From: Hydrurus foetidus
Lineage: Eukaryota
Reading direction: 5' to 3'
Assembly: GCA_900617105.1 (NCBI GenBank)
Contig: UYFQ01000809.1
Location: forward strand, 1 to 55,529
Length of the DNA: 55,529 nucleotides
Of the stretch, positions 33,501-46,000 are shown in pieces. The position numbers were made by a program, and so were the translations under genes. Each line of letters begins with the position of its first letter. The first letter of the stretch is position 1. The notes below the pieces were generated by a model. The model ran no database searches and had not been told where the DNA came from. It saw nothing but the letters and a program-made list of their open reading frames with translations.

Positions 33501-36500
33501 AGTGTAGTGTAGTGTAGTGTAGTGTAGTGTAGTGCAGTGTAGTGTAGTGTAAGGTAGTGTGATATGATGTGGTGTAGTGCAGTGTAGTGTAGTGTAGTGT
33601 AGTGCAGTGTAGTGTAGTGTAAGGTAGTGTGATATGATGTGGTGTAGTGCAGTGTAGTGTAGTGTGGTGTAGTGTAGTGTAGTGCAGTGTAGTGTAGTGT
33701 AAGGTAGTGTGGTGTAGTGCAGTGTAGTGTAGTGTAGTGTAGTGTAGTGTAGTGTAGTGTAGTGTAGTGCAGTGTAGTGCAGTGTAGTGTAGTGTAGTGC
33801 AGTGTGATGTGGTGTAGTGTGGTGTAGTGTGATGTGATGTGATGTGATGTGATGTGGTGTGATTAGGTGCTTTCTTCCCCTTCATCTCTATTTTCGTTTC
33901 TTCTCTTCTTTACCCTCTTTAAAATTTATTCTTCTCCTTGTCTTTTCCTCTTTGTCTCCTCTTCTCCTACTTCCTATCTTACTTCTTCTTCTTCTTCTTC
34001 CTCTATTTCCGTTTCTTCCCTCTCCTCACTTCTTCTTTCATTTATTCTCCTTTTTCTCTTCTTTCTCCTTGTCTTTTTCTCCTTCTTTCCCTTCTATCAG
34101 GTTGAGAGGTTTCAGGAGTATGCAATGGGATGGGGATTGAGAGCAGCCTCACATGTAAACAGAGGAGATCTCGTGATAGAGTACATAGGAGAAGTGCTAG
34201 ATGAAGTTCAGATGCAGGTGAGATTATTAGATGCTATCTCATATTATTAGATGGTATAGGAGTAAATCCTTGAAAGGCTGTATACTTTTTCATATTCAAC
34301 AAGTCCACATTTTTTTTATTACACTATGTTTTCCCCTCTATTCCTCACTTCTCTTCTATCCTAATCTATTCTACGTCTACTTTATCCTCACTCTCTCGTC
34401 AAACAATCCCATTCACTCATCTCTATCAATGTCTCCCCTTCCCCTTCCTTTCACTTGTTTCATTTTCTCCTAACGTTCCTTTTCCCTTTTTCTTCTCCCT
34501 TTCTCTTTCCCTTTTTCAGCCTTTTCGTTCTCTTTTTCCTCTTCCCTTTCCTTCTCTCATTTTCTTCTCCCTTTCCCTTCCCCCTTTTCACCCTTTTTCT
34601 CTCCTTTCCTTTTCCCTTTGCCTCCTCAAAGACGCGTATGACGGAGCAAAGGAAATTCACGCCAAACGATCACAACTTCTACATAATGCAACTGGACACC
34701 GGACTATACGTAGACGGAAAACACAAAGGTGCTTTGATTTAGTAGAGCATTTCATACTTTCTTTCAATTTCGTAAGTGTAAATCCGACCCCGCTACCCAG
34801 TCTTCATTTTTGAGTCTTTTACTGAACCCCCTATCCTAAGCCTAATGTAACCCTAATGTAGCCCTGAAGAATAGAAGGGTTGGGTCGCGGGGCTGGATTA
34901 CCTTTCCACACTCATTCTCCCCTATCCTTTTTTCCATTACTCCATACTTTCCTCTTCGACTTGATCTCACAACGAGATAATTTATCGTACCTCTACTTAA
35001 ATTCTGCAACAAATCCTCTTCCACAAGGCCTCGACAACTTCATGCTTCTCCTCCCTCCCTCCCTCCCTCTCTCCCACCCTTCCTTTCTCCCTCCCTCCCT
35101 CTCTCCCTTACCCATCCCCTCTTCTCCTCTACACATCTCCTGCACTCTAGGGAATGAGTCAAGATTTATTAATCACTCTTGTGATCCCAATTGCGAATTA
35201 CAGCCCTGGGTGGTCAAGGGGAGGGTCAGAATCGGTATTTTCGCATTAAAGTACGTACATCGCCAGACCAGAATGAAGTGCATACGAATTTGGGATTGAA
35301 ACGGTGATTTCAACAGTGCTCAAACAAGTTTTCATTCTGCAATTCGGACAGAAAATCTCTCAAACTGCTGTTTTGTTGAGACCGCGACACTATGGAGCAT
35401 CGCGCGGTCCATGTAGATTTGTGTCAGCTCTTTCTTCTTATTGCAATCTATTTCACCTCCTCTCTTTCTCTCACTTTCTTGCCACTATTCCTCTTTTGAT
35501 TCGTCTGTACTTTACGTAACGTCACTGTACTTCACACTTACTTTGCTTCACTTTACGATACTTCGCTTCTGCACTTCACTTTTTTTCCTTCTTCTTCTTC
35601 TTCTTCTTCTTTTTTATTTATTTCCTCGTAGGGATATTGCTGAGGGTGATGCTCTGTCGTACGACTATCAATTCGACACGAACGTACGTACAGTCATGGA
35701 ATGATGCTCCGATCTCACCACGAACAAGTATTTCATTCAGCAAAATTTCGCCTTTTTTCGACTTTTGTCTTGGCTAAAGTATTTATCTACTTCAATGTTA
35801 TTTTATTCTTCAATAATAAGTATAATCATTTTTATTTTCAACGAAATAGGAGGACGACATATTTAAATGTTATTGTCAGTCACATAATTGTCGAGGTACT
35901 ATGGCCCCGAAGAGAAAAATAAATAAGGTGAGTGATATTGAATAAAGAGAAGAATAGAAAACAAGAGAGAAGATTAGAGAATGCCTGAAATAAAAGGGAA
36001 AATGATCTTTTATATGCAGATGTAATTCAATGTAGTAGTGTGTGTTGTTTTGCGTTTTAGTGCAGTACAGCGTAGTTTTTCCGCTTTATCTCTGCCCTTA
36101 TTTCACTACTTTCCCTTTTTTTGTTGCAGGCTAGTTTAAGTCGGTCAGAGAGACACAAATTACTTTTGGCTGGCAGGGCGAGGTACGTACGCATTTCTTC
36201 TTCTGTCTTTTGTACTTGTCTTTCGTCCTACATTTTTCTGTTCGCAGTACAGTTACACTTCTTGATGATGGGATGAGATGAGAGATTAGATATGTACAGG
36301 CAATACCGACTTGACGAGTATCTCTTATTCTCTTACTCACCCATCATGCTCTACGCGAAGAATTTCTATGTCTTTCGGAGGTGAAATCAATCGAAGAAAC
36401 CTTCAACATAAACCCTCTTCCCTTTTTAAAGATATCTTGAAGTATTGAAAGTCTTGTCTTTAAACCAGATGCCTCGTATCATACACCATGAGATCATCCA

Positions 36501-37292
36501 AACCTCTCTTTTCCTTTCCTCTACTATACTCTCCCCTTCTCTCCTATCCTTTCCTCTCCTTTTATCTTCGATCTATTTCTCATTCTTCACATCTCCTCCT
36601 CTCTTCTCCTTTCCTCTCTTCTCCTTCTCTCTCCTCTCCTTCCCTCTCTTCTCCTTTCCTCTGCTCTACTCTCCTTTTCTATTCTCTCCTTTCCTTTCCT
36701 TTCCTCTCCTCTTATCTTCGATCTATTTCCCATCCTTCACTCCTCCTCCCTCGTCTTTCCCCAGCCCCTCTATTCCACTTCCTCTTCCTCCATGAAATGT
36801 GTATCATCATCCATATACATGCTGTTGTACTGCTCACTTGACAAGATTGTCTTTTGATATTATGTGTAGTTCTGCGATATCGATTCTGTTGAAAGGAGAC
36901 ATAAAAACAATAAGACCGTTTCTTACACACCGAAAACTAAATCCGAACCCCACGATTTTAATTTTCGGAATGAGAAAACTGAGAAAAAGGGAAACTTTCC
37001 GAAAACGAAAGATCGTGGGTTCTTGGTTTTAATTTTCGGTGTTGAAGAAACGGTCTAACCACACACCACTTTAGAAAAAAAACGAATCTTTTCTAGACTG
37101 AGAGTTATCATTCATTAATATCTTCTACTTCCGATTGTAGAGACACAAAGATGAAAGGGTTTGCTCAACGCACGGAAGAAGAAAGATTCCGATCTCTCAC
37201 AGGCAAAATGCTTCCAGGAGATAGTATCAACGAGGTGCGCACAGTACGCGCTGTGATCAGTACGTACAGGACACATTCGTTACGATTTTTCC

Positions 37293-37337
<45 letters not shown>

Positions 37338-37640
37338 CCGTCCTCCCTCCCTCCCTCCCTCCCTCCCTTTCTCTCTCTTATTTTTTCTGAAACTCCATAC
37401 TTGGTGATTTCTATTTTATTTCACTATGCTTCTTTTTGTTCTGCTATTTTGCACACCTCTTTTTAATCTTATTATGTTATTTCCTGTGACCTCACAACTG
37501 CCCCTCAGGTCCGATCCGGTCCCTCCCGCGCAATTTTCCCGTATGCCCGGCTAAAAGGCGTCTTTCTTCCCCGCAACGCTAAGGGCGGTGTTAACATGTT
37601 GAAGCGGAGAAGAAACGAGTGGTGCAGAGCTGAAAAATAG
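25887..37640 (+). CDS. NSD/ASH1-like histone-lysine methyltransferase, ~21 exons (Tudor/chromo-barrel, PHD fingers, AWS, SET, post-SET)
   Basis: WYNARIL...[15 protein letters not shown]...[18 protein letters not shown]...[71 protein letters not shown]. Confidence 0.9.
26926..27082. repeat. Imperfect intronic inverted repeat (MITE-like or hairpin)
   Basis: TCACTGTAATACTGAACCCAGACCACCACAC... pairs with ...GTGTGGTGGTCTGGGTCCAGCATTACAGTGA. Confidence 0.85.
27479..27553 (+). repeat. (TTTC)n microsatellite
   Basis: Read directly; another array at ~30516-30578. Confidence 0.95.
27842..28150 (+). repeat. (TGTAC/TGTGC)n pentamer satellite in an intron
   Basis: Read directly. Confidence 0.95.
30949..31222 (+). 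repeat. 15-bp (CCATCATCATTATTA)n minisatellite in an intron
   Basis: Read directly. Confidence 0.95.
32564..32730 (+). repeat. (TTCC)n microsatellite in an intron
   Basis: Read directly. Confidence 0.95.
33265..33861 (+). repeat. (AGTGT)n pentamer satellite with higher-order units, in an intron
   Basis: Read directly; recurrent AAGGTAGTGTGATATGATGTGG unit. Confidence 0.95.
34835..34910 (+). repeat. Dispersed repeat family copy (related to 38260-38340 and, inverted, to 38770-38860)
   Basis: Shared AAGCCTAATGTA..CCCT..AAG..GAAGGTTGGGT..GGGCTGGATTACCTTT. Confidence 0.75.
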
Positions 37641-39117
37641 AAAAACAGAAAAAAGAAAAAGAGAAATAGAAAACTGACATCTGTGTGTAGGGCAGGGAGA
37701 GAGAAGGCAAGGCAAGGCGAAGCAGTGCAGTGCTGTGTTGTCTAATGCTCGCATAACCTATTCAGTGTTAGCATCTTCACAATGCAGTGCTCGAGATACT
37801 TCTTCACTCTTGAGACTGTATTTTATTATTTATTTCTTATTATGTGCATGCATGTTATCATGGAATGCAAATCAACTGGAAATCATTGAGTGGCAGAAGT
37901 GCCATGTCACATGTTCTATAAATTGTAAATTATTATGTGTCATGATTTTTAGAGTTTTTTTCTCTCAAAATCACGGATATGGTGGGTCTTTGAAATCAAC
38001 GGGAACACTTTAAACGGAAATCGTTATCTGGATATAAGTGGATTTTTTTGACGAACGTTTCGTGATCTAGGTTGTTCTCTCGTGTCATTTTTAAAAGTGA
38101 GAAAATATGATATTCCTGTTTAGTTGTCACCTCGAAAATGCAACATCATAGGCACTTCACCTATAAAGCAAAACATTCCGCCACAAGTTGCAAAGAATCG
38201 GAATTCAACCTCATGGCCCATCCTCATTTCAAGCCTGTTCTATTCACTCAACCGTACCATAAGCCTAATGTAGCCCTAAAGTACGAAGGTTGGGTAAACG
38301 GGCTGTGTCGCTGGGCTGGATGCTGGATTACCTTTTCTGCATCTAATGTTACTGCTAATAATCCTAATAAGTGGACGATTGAAGTTACAGAAACTGTGTA
38401 GTCTTAGATCACATTACAACGGAACATACTTGCATTGCATTGTTAATATATCTCTCACTTACATGAATCATGATAGGTGCAGTCCTATTGGAACAAAATT
38501 GAGTTGATACTTAACTTCGTCTCAATTTTTGTATTTCGTGTTTTGTACGCAACGACTACAGTGGATAGTGCCGCATCTTCCTTCATATATTTTATAAAAT
38601 TACAATATAAGACGTAAAATTGTAATTTTTTGTAATTTGAATACATCACTTTCTAAGTCAGCCCTATTTTCTAAAATTCTACAGGGGAAAATCAACAAAA
38701 TTGAAGGCCCAAAGTGCTACGAAAAAAATGGATAATGTAACAGTGAGAAATAGCTTCTGTGAAAGAGAAGAAAGGTAATATAACATACAGCCCCGCGACC
38801 CAACCTTTCATACTTCAGGGTCACACTGGGGCTATATTAGGCTTCGGGTAGGGTTTGGTAAAAAAGCTAGAGAGTAATGCTTGGTAATGAGTGTCGTGAG
38901 ATTGAATTTGGATTTTTCTTCTGTGAAAGAGAGCGTGAGGTAATCTTGGTGTTCAATTCTTAATTATACAAAATACAGTAAATAAAAAATAAAGAAGCTA
39001 CAAATCCAAGAAAGTGCTCTAAAATCTTATTTACAACGAACAAAGAAGGTGATAGTTATACAAAATGCTCTAAAATCTTATTCTCTAATATCTGATTTAT
39101 CAAAATCGTTTTGAAGA

Positions 39118-39783
39118 CTACTCTGTTTTGGGCTCTTTTTTCTTTTTCGTGAGTTTAGCGAAGATCATGTAGAGAAAATAAAAATTCATCACGAGATAAG
39201 GCAGTCCGAAACCCATCCCAACAGATGCATGGCAATATCGTATGCAATCAGGAACAAGGAAAAAGCCATGATAGATAATCCTGCAGGCGATAAATGTTAT
39301 TACGAACAAAATGCCGATAACTTGATTTCCAGAGTGCCGCCAAGCAATTAAGAACGGTGTTGAAATTTCTGCTAGCAGTAGGAACAGAAATGGATTCCTT
39401 TTGAAAGTGCACATATCCTGATAGAACGATTCAGAGAGCATGCCAACTGTGAAGCAAAGAGTATGATGAAAATACTCCACTTTCCTTGCTGTAGGTGACT
39501 GATACGATTTCACTTTGAAGTAATGATCGTTGAGCACAATATTCACAAAATCGACAAAAAAGTACGATATAGTGGCAGTGGTCGCGATATTGTCATCAAT
39601 GTAACCCCAAATCGCCAACCCTGCGGCTATTGAGCTGACGACACCATTCAAGAAGTTGATGCGATATGCAGTCTGAATTTCCTTTGAACCTGGCGGCAGA
39701 AGCAACATCGTTATCCAGACAGCAGACCAGCCTGCCAAAAGAACTGCCTCATGCACCATGACTTCGTTTTCAATCAATGTCAA
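39118..39783 (-). CDS. TLC (TRAM/LAG1/CLN8) domain membrane protein
   Basis: SYFFVD, YFHH, AEISTPFL, F..CRI motifs and several TM segments; the start codon is uncertain. Confidence 0.85.
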   Translation of the reverse strand: MTLIENEVMVHEAVLLAGWSAVWITMLLLPPGSKEIQTAYRINFLNGVVSSIAAGLAIWGYIDDNIATTATISYFFVDFVNIVLNDHYFKVKSYQSPTARKVEYFHHTLCFTVGMLSESFYQDMCTFKRNPFLFLLLAEISTPFLIAWRHSGNQVIGILFVITFIACRIIYHGFFLVPDCIRYCHASVGMGFGLPYLVMNFYFLYMIFAKLTKKKKEPKTE

Positions 39784-40544
39784 TTACCAAATGATAAGGG
39801 TACTTGGTAAAAAGTTAATTTTTGACTGAGCTGTATGTAAATAGACTCGTCTGGTGTGCGTACGATGTACGGTACAGTACTTGCGCCAAATTTTCGTGGA
39901 GGCGTTAGTACGGTATGTTCCATAGCGTACGTGCTGCACAGTAGAGCTGGTAGAATTAATTACGGAAAGCTATGTTGTGATGATAAATCTATTGCTTAAT
40001 TACAATAAGATAGCTACAACTCAACTAAATTGCATTGAAACATTAAAAATATACTCAATCTAATTGAAAGGAGCACTTTAATGTTGGAATCAAATAAGTG
40101 TCAAGTGAAAAAGGTAAGTCTTGTTTCCATGTCAAAATGAAAAACCGCTCGTTCTAGTATAATTAATAATGTAAAGAACTGAATAAATGATGGTTAGCTG
40201 ATAGAGAATGTGGTGTAACGTCCCATAATTAGGTAGGCCATTGACTGTGCATCAGAGAATAGATCCAGAAGGAGATATATTCAATATAAGTTAGAATTCA
40301 TAATAAAAGCAATAAGAACATCACTAATAACTAGCTATTGAAAAACGCAGGCGTAACGTACGTGCATATATGAATGTGTGCGTGTTGATGTGTGGTACTA
40401 AAAAGGACTAGAAAAAGTTTTATGCGATGATAAGAGAAGCTATACGACTACAGAACGTACCAGTGAAATAAAATCTGTACGGACAGTATATGCTACGTTT
40501 TATTTCACCCAAATATGTGATACCGTAAAATTTCAGTAAATTCG

Positions 40545-42302
40545 CTATTTTTGGTTATTAAGTTTGAGGAGATGTTGTAAGTTTTCTCTGTCTTTTAGAT
40601 TTTCAAAGGTTCCAACTACCAAGTCGAAGGACTCTTTATTCAACACTTTCTTATACAGTAAACACGCTATATCAAACTTTTCAAATGGGGCTAGTGGACC
40701 AACTAACAGGATGATGTCCATTGCTTGTCGGGCTAGAAAAGCTCTGCTGTTGGAATACTGTAATATTATCTCCTCCCAGTTACTCTGAAATGTTTAAGTG
40801 TGCTTTTGATAAGTAAAATATTGTGTGTTTTGCATAGTATTGTAGTCAATTAAAGTACAGGGATAGAGTGCAGTGCAGTGAAGTGCAGTGAAGTAAAGAG
40901 GATTAGATCTTTATCCGGTCGAATTCATGAGGGATGGAGGATGAAGGAGGATTGAGTGCAGTAGAGTAGTATGGTGCAGTGTAATATAATATAAAGTTGA
41001 TCAGTGTAGCAGCATAGATTGGTGTCCTATAATGGAGCGAATAGGAGAGTGAGTGTTGCATTAAATGAAATGAAACAAAATCAAAATTTACCTGCAAACG
41101 TTTGTCCATCGGGTCGATTAAGTCTACCAACAATTTATCAAACTCAATCTTAGTCAGCGCTGAGCTGTTCATGGACAACATGAGATGGCGCACAGCAGTC
41201 ATCGTAGCAGCTTCAATATGAATCGCTTGAGTTGTCTTAAGAATCCAGGAATGTTCCTCGATAGGAATGTTCCGAAGAGAAGGAGAAGAGTTGACCACTG
41301 ATTTCAGATTGGAAGAACAAGAGATCAAGTCTTCTTCGCATTGACTGTCATTACTCAGCCCTACAGGAAGCCTTTCAGGCAGTAGGTCCGTTTCTACACC
41401 AACACACGCACTATTTCCAACTTCAACTTGGTCGGATTTCGAACCGTGTAATTCAATCGTACTCGCTCCATCTGACACCGCAGAAGATGCAGCAGAATCG
41501 CACCGTTTATGAGAGGTCTCAATGTCATCTCCATCATCTCCCTCAGTTGCACTAGAGTCATCCACAGACTCGGAGGCGTTCTGTTGGTGGTTGAACACAG
41601 TGAATTGAAAAGATACAGGAGAGCTTCCCCATGATAAAATATTTTGATATGGAAATTGTAACAATGGTGCTGAAATGCCTGAGAAAGAAATAGAATAAAG
41701 TTGATCAGATTTGATGCAGAGCACAGCGATTTTATTTTGAAGATTTCATGTATCTTCTCGAGGTCTAGAAATTATCATGTCAGATGTCAAGCATAGGAGA
41801 GAACTTAATTTAACAAAAAATCATAAAAATTGAGATGGGATGGGAGTCTTCGAAAGCAGATGTCCAGTATTGATGAAGTTTCCCATGAAGTTACATTCAT
41901 GTAGACAATCGCTGTGGCATCAAATCGTAATTCAGATATCTGCACACAGTAATCAGCATTTTTTCCAGTCACACGTGATTGCTTCGATTGATAGGCTACC
42001 CCACCTTCGTCAATAATGTCAAGTGACTCCGGGGACACGCGCAGTAAATATTTCCCTGAAGTTATCAGATTGTGTATGCGGCACATATCGTGGGGTAATG
42101 AGATTTTGAAAGTCTGCACCGGCTGATCCTTCGTTTGTGATTCCGCGATCTGAGCCGATTGCAAGATCGAGGGAAACTTGCTTTTCGAGTTGCCAACTTC
42201 GTTCGTCTTGGTGGTAGCTTTGGTTAGGGATGGAAATGCTGACGGTGCTGAGATCCTCAAATCTTCTCCATCAGCGAGCATGATGCTGCCGGCTGCTCCC
42301 AT
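40545..42302 (-). CDS. Uncharacterised N-myristoylated protein with a PH-like domain; exons 42302-42005, 41678-41092, 40784-40545
   Basis: MGAAGS N-terminus; LLQFPYQNILSWGSS..FQF; GT-AG introns join in frame to TAG at 40545. Confidence 0.75.
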
Positions 42303-42477
42303 TTTTAGAAGTTTCTAATGATGATTTCACTGTTTTATGCGCTACTTTACAATGAGCTGCGTCATCTCGTCTCGGTAGAGGGTGTGAGAGAAGATGTACT
42401 GATGGACTGATGGAGAGAAACAAGAAACATGATGTGGGATGGGATGTGGGATGTGGATTTTGGATTAGGCAATTGTG
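42195..42477 (+). repeat. 283-bp direct duplication, copy 1 (first 36 codons plus upstream region of the myristoylated-protein gene)
   Basis: Matches 48338-48620 at offset 6143; one substitution seen. Confidence 0.95.
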
Positions 42478-42919
42478 TTCGAGGAACTTAGTTCCGTACG
42501 TACAAACGCACCGGATAACTTACATCGTAGTGATTCGCTCAGTAGCTTGTAGTCACATGTATTGTCATTGAATCTTGAGCTACGTCGAAAGATCTTCAAG
42601 TGCAATACTCAACCACGTACGTTTTGTAGTTTAGATACCAGAGGCTAAAAGTAAGCCAACAAGAAATCGCGCGAGTTAATCCCATAGACTCGTATATTAC
42701 TTTGTCACGCAAATAAGTAAGAAGCAGTATTTCAAACTCCTCTTCAGGAAGTCTTGATAGTGTAGGAAAGCGCGCCTGCACAGTTGAAGACATTCTATCG
42801 AGGAAGTTCAGGCTTATTTTACAAGGACAAGGATAATTCAACATAATTCTATTCTCCTACTTCAAGTTGACTGTACCAGTCACCAGGGGAATCGAGGTCG
42901 CATTACGGTTAAAACCGAT
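42476..42919 (+). repeat. Copia-1 5' LTR (at least 444 bp)
   Basis: TGTTCGAGG start; no differences from 47889-48332 seen by eye. Confidence 0.93.
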
Positions 42920-43001
42920 CACAAAGTAATAAATAAAGTCTCCAAGAGAGAATCTTGGTAGCAGTTCAAGACCAGAGAGTATCTGGCAGTAAAATCAAGA
43001 C

Positions 43002-46000
43002 ATGTCCGGACGCGGTCATGGTCGAGGACAAAGAGGTCCAGGAAGGGGAGCCGGTCGCGGCAGACATACACCTCCAGCAGCTCAGACAAAGAGCACCAAA
43101 GAGCCCATCTTTCGAGGGCACGATTCAGAGCTCCCCAGCCTCAACTTCGGAGCGTCTGCAAAAGAAAACAAACCAATAGAGTTTCTTCAGTTAATGGGAG
43201 AACACACGGCCATAAGTTACAAGCCATCTATCTGTCACGCATTTTGGACGATACCACCTACGTTCGGCGATGAGGAAGAAGAGCCGGAGATGCCAGCCGA
43301 AATTCCAGCCGGCAACATGGGCAAAGCCATACTCTCTCAATACCTAAGTGATCAGAAGGATTGGAAAACGGATTTTAAAAAGATTGCAGAGCAGAAACAA
43401 GCAGTGTTCGCATTGGTGTACGCTCAACTCAGCGAGTCTTCGCGATGCGAGATTCAGGACGATGAAGATTGGATTGAGAACTATCAGCAGAGAGATCTCT
43501 TGTATCTCATACAGAGAATTCGATCAACTCACATTGCAAGACAAACCGGCAATCCCGGTCAGGATCGAGAAAGGGTTCAAATGCTGTGGGCAACTATTCG
43601 CATGCAGCCGTACGAGACAAGTTTCGCTTTCCGAAAGCGCGTCGACGACCACCAGCTGGAGCGAACAGCCGTCGGACTTCCAGTCATTCCAGAGGAGGAT
43701 CTGGTGATAGGCATTTTGAACCGACTGGACATGTCCCGATATTCATCGTTGGTGACAAACTATTTGGACAACGAAAGACGGGGAATCGCGGACCTTCCGA
43801 TTCTCAGCTCAACCCTGTGGAAAGAAGTGAAAGAAGCGCAAGTTGTCAGGTTTCGCGGGGTGAGAGGGAGTGATATGGAAAGTATATACCTGTCGCGAGT
43901 AGATGACATCCAGATCGACGGAGGCCGGGGACGGGGCCGGGGACGCGGGGGCCGGGGACCTCGTGGTGGTGGCCGCGGCAGAGGCCGATCATCTCATGAA
44001 GAGAAGGAGACTGTGGGCAAGTCAAGCACCACACCAGCAATAAAGTCCACAGCTCCCAACCTGGATCACATCGTGTGTTGGAATTGCGGTATTAAAGGCC
44101 ATCGCTCCTCCACATGCACCATCAAGAAAGTCAATTTTTCTTCAGCAGACGACGAACTGATTTACCTGGCAACCAGTGTTCCGGATTGGCGCACTCCCTG
44201 TCCCGATAATGCGTGCGACGACGACCAGCATAGAGAGAGCATCTTCTTCTCCACGGTGTCGGGCAATCAGGACACAATGCTCCTGCTAGACACTCAGGCT
44301 AGCATTCACATTTTCCGAAACCCAGCCATCACGACTGACATCGAGACAACGTCCACCCCTGTAACAATTCAAGGAATAACAGGGGATCGTGTTAGAGTAA
44401 CACAAGAAGGCACTATTCACGATGTCGGTATCAAGGGGTACTACAGTCCCAACATGGCTGCAAACATCATAAGCTACAACAAGCTTAAGGAGACCCACAA
44501 CATACACTATGACGAAGCGAGAGACATCTTTACAGCAACTTCACATACAGGCCCAACTCTCACCTTTGCATGCATTAACGGCCACTACGTCATGGACATC
44601 CACGCAATACGACAGGCATACGTCGTATCGCTCTCATCCAAATCAGCCAAGTATTCCAGAAAGCAACTGAGCGCGGCTCGTGATGCCTACGAGTTCATGC
44701 AGAGGATGGGATACATAAGTTATAAAGCAGCCGCAGAAATAGTGCAAAGGGGTAGCATGAAAGAAATAGGTTTTGTTAGATCAGACCTGGTTAACGCTCA
44801 AGATATCTACGGTACTCCCGCTGCGTACCAACTTGGCCAAGGCACTCAAAGGAGTGCGAAATGTCAGGAAAATGATCAAATACCCATCCACCAATCTGTC
44901 AATCAGGAGCTCCAGGTAGACCTTTTCTATTTCCTCGGACAAGCATTCTTCCTCAGCATCTCAGTCCTTCTCGGGCTCATTATGGTCAGCCATCTCGGTC
45001 CTGGAAATGAAACAGCATCGTCAAGTGAGAAAAATAACGAACGATCACGTTCAAAGGCAGGCGAAGCGCTGCTCATGCATGTCACACAGTATCAAGCAAA
45101 AGGATTTCGAGTACTTACAGTAACGTCAGATGGCGAAGGCGCCGTTAAGTCTATCCGTCAAGAAGCTCAAAAGCTCGGCGTAGAGCTCAACATCCTGGGA
45201 CGCGGATCTCACACACCCCATGCAGAGGCGGCCATACGTCATCTAAAGAACAAAGCCCGGTCCACTCTTCATAGCCTGCCGTATTCATTGCCATCTAAAT
45301 TAGCAGTGCATTTTATTGCGTTTGTCGTCCACACGTCAAATATGGTGCCCAAGGTAAACTCCCCAGGCCACCTACCTGCATACACCGCGTTCAAAGGCAG
45401 AGCCCCAAATTACAAGATCGATGCGCCATTTCCGTTCGGCACGGCTGGATTTTTGCAGCGGGCACAAACTGTGCAAAGCAATTCCATGATCCCTAGAGCC
45501 GATTACTGCGTGTGGTTGGGAACCACACGCAACCTGAAAGGAACACACAGGTGTCTAAATTTAGATACACTGCGAGAAGTCACGGGGGACATATTCCGAC
45601 CGGCATTACTCACGCAGGCAGCAATCACAAGACTCAAAGAGCTTGCTGGATCTGTACCTTTACATCCTCAGGATATAGGACCACCTGAGTCAACTCTAGA
45701 TAATCCTGATGCACCATATGCGCTCGATCCTCATCGAGGGGTAGATGCAGCCGACTCGGACCCTAACGCAGATATGGAAACAGACGCACCAGTAAACACG
45801 ACTGTAAGCTCAGGGGTAACGGAGGAAGAATTCGCTGAAAAGGAACTCACCGACATGACGCCAGAACTCCAATCGTCGGATGTCCAATCGTTGGATGCAC
45901 CGAATGAGCAAAACAAAGACGAGACTCCAATTGATCCATCAGCAACCGACATTGTCCCTGTGGAAGATTCGTATGATCAGATAAGAGATGAATCAAACAG

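Noticed and set aside
30961..33885. DDGNN, MMMVI, KEGR, LPSF and HYTTL repeat proteins
   Set aside because: All arise from microsatellites inside SET-gene introns bounded by in-frame exons.
34835..34862. Telomere-like CCCTAA units
   Set aside because: A few degenerate units within a dispersed repeat, not an array.
42596..42844. 82-aa antisense ORF present twice (also 48009-48257)
   Set aside because: It is duplicated only because it lies in the LTR; no recognisable motif.
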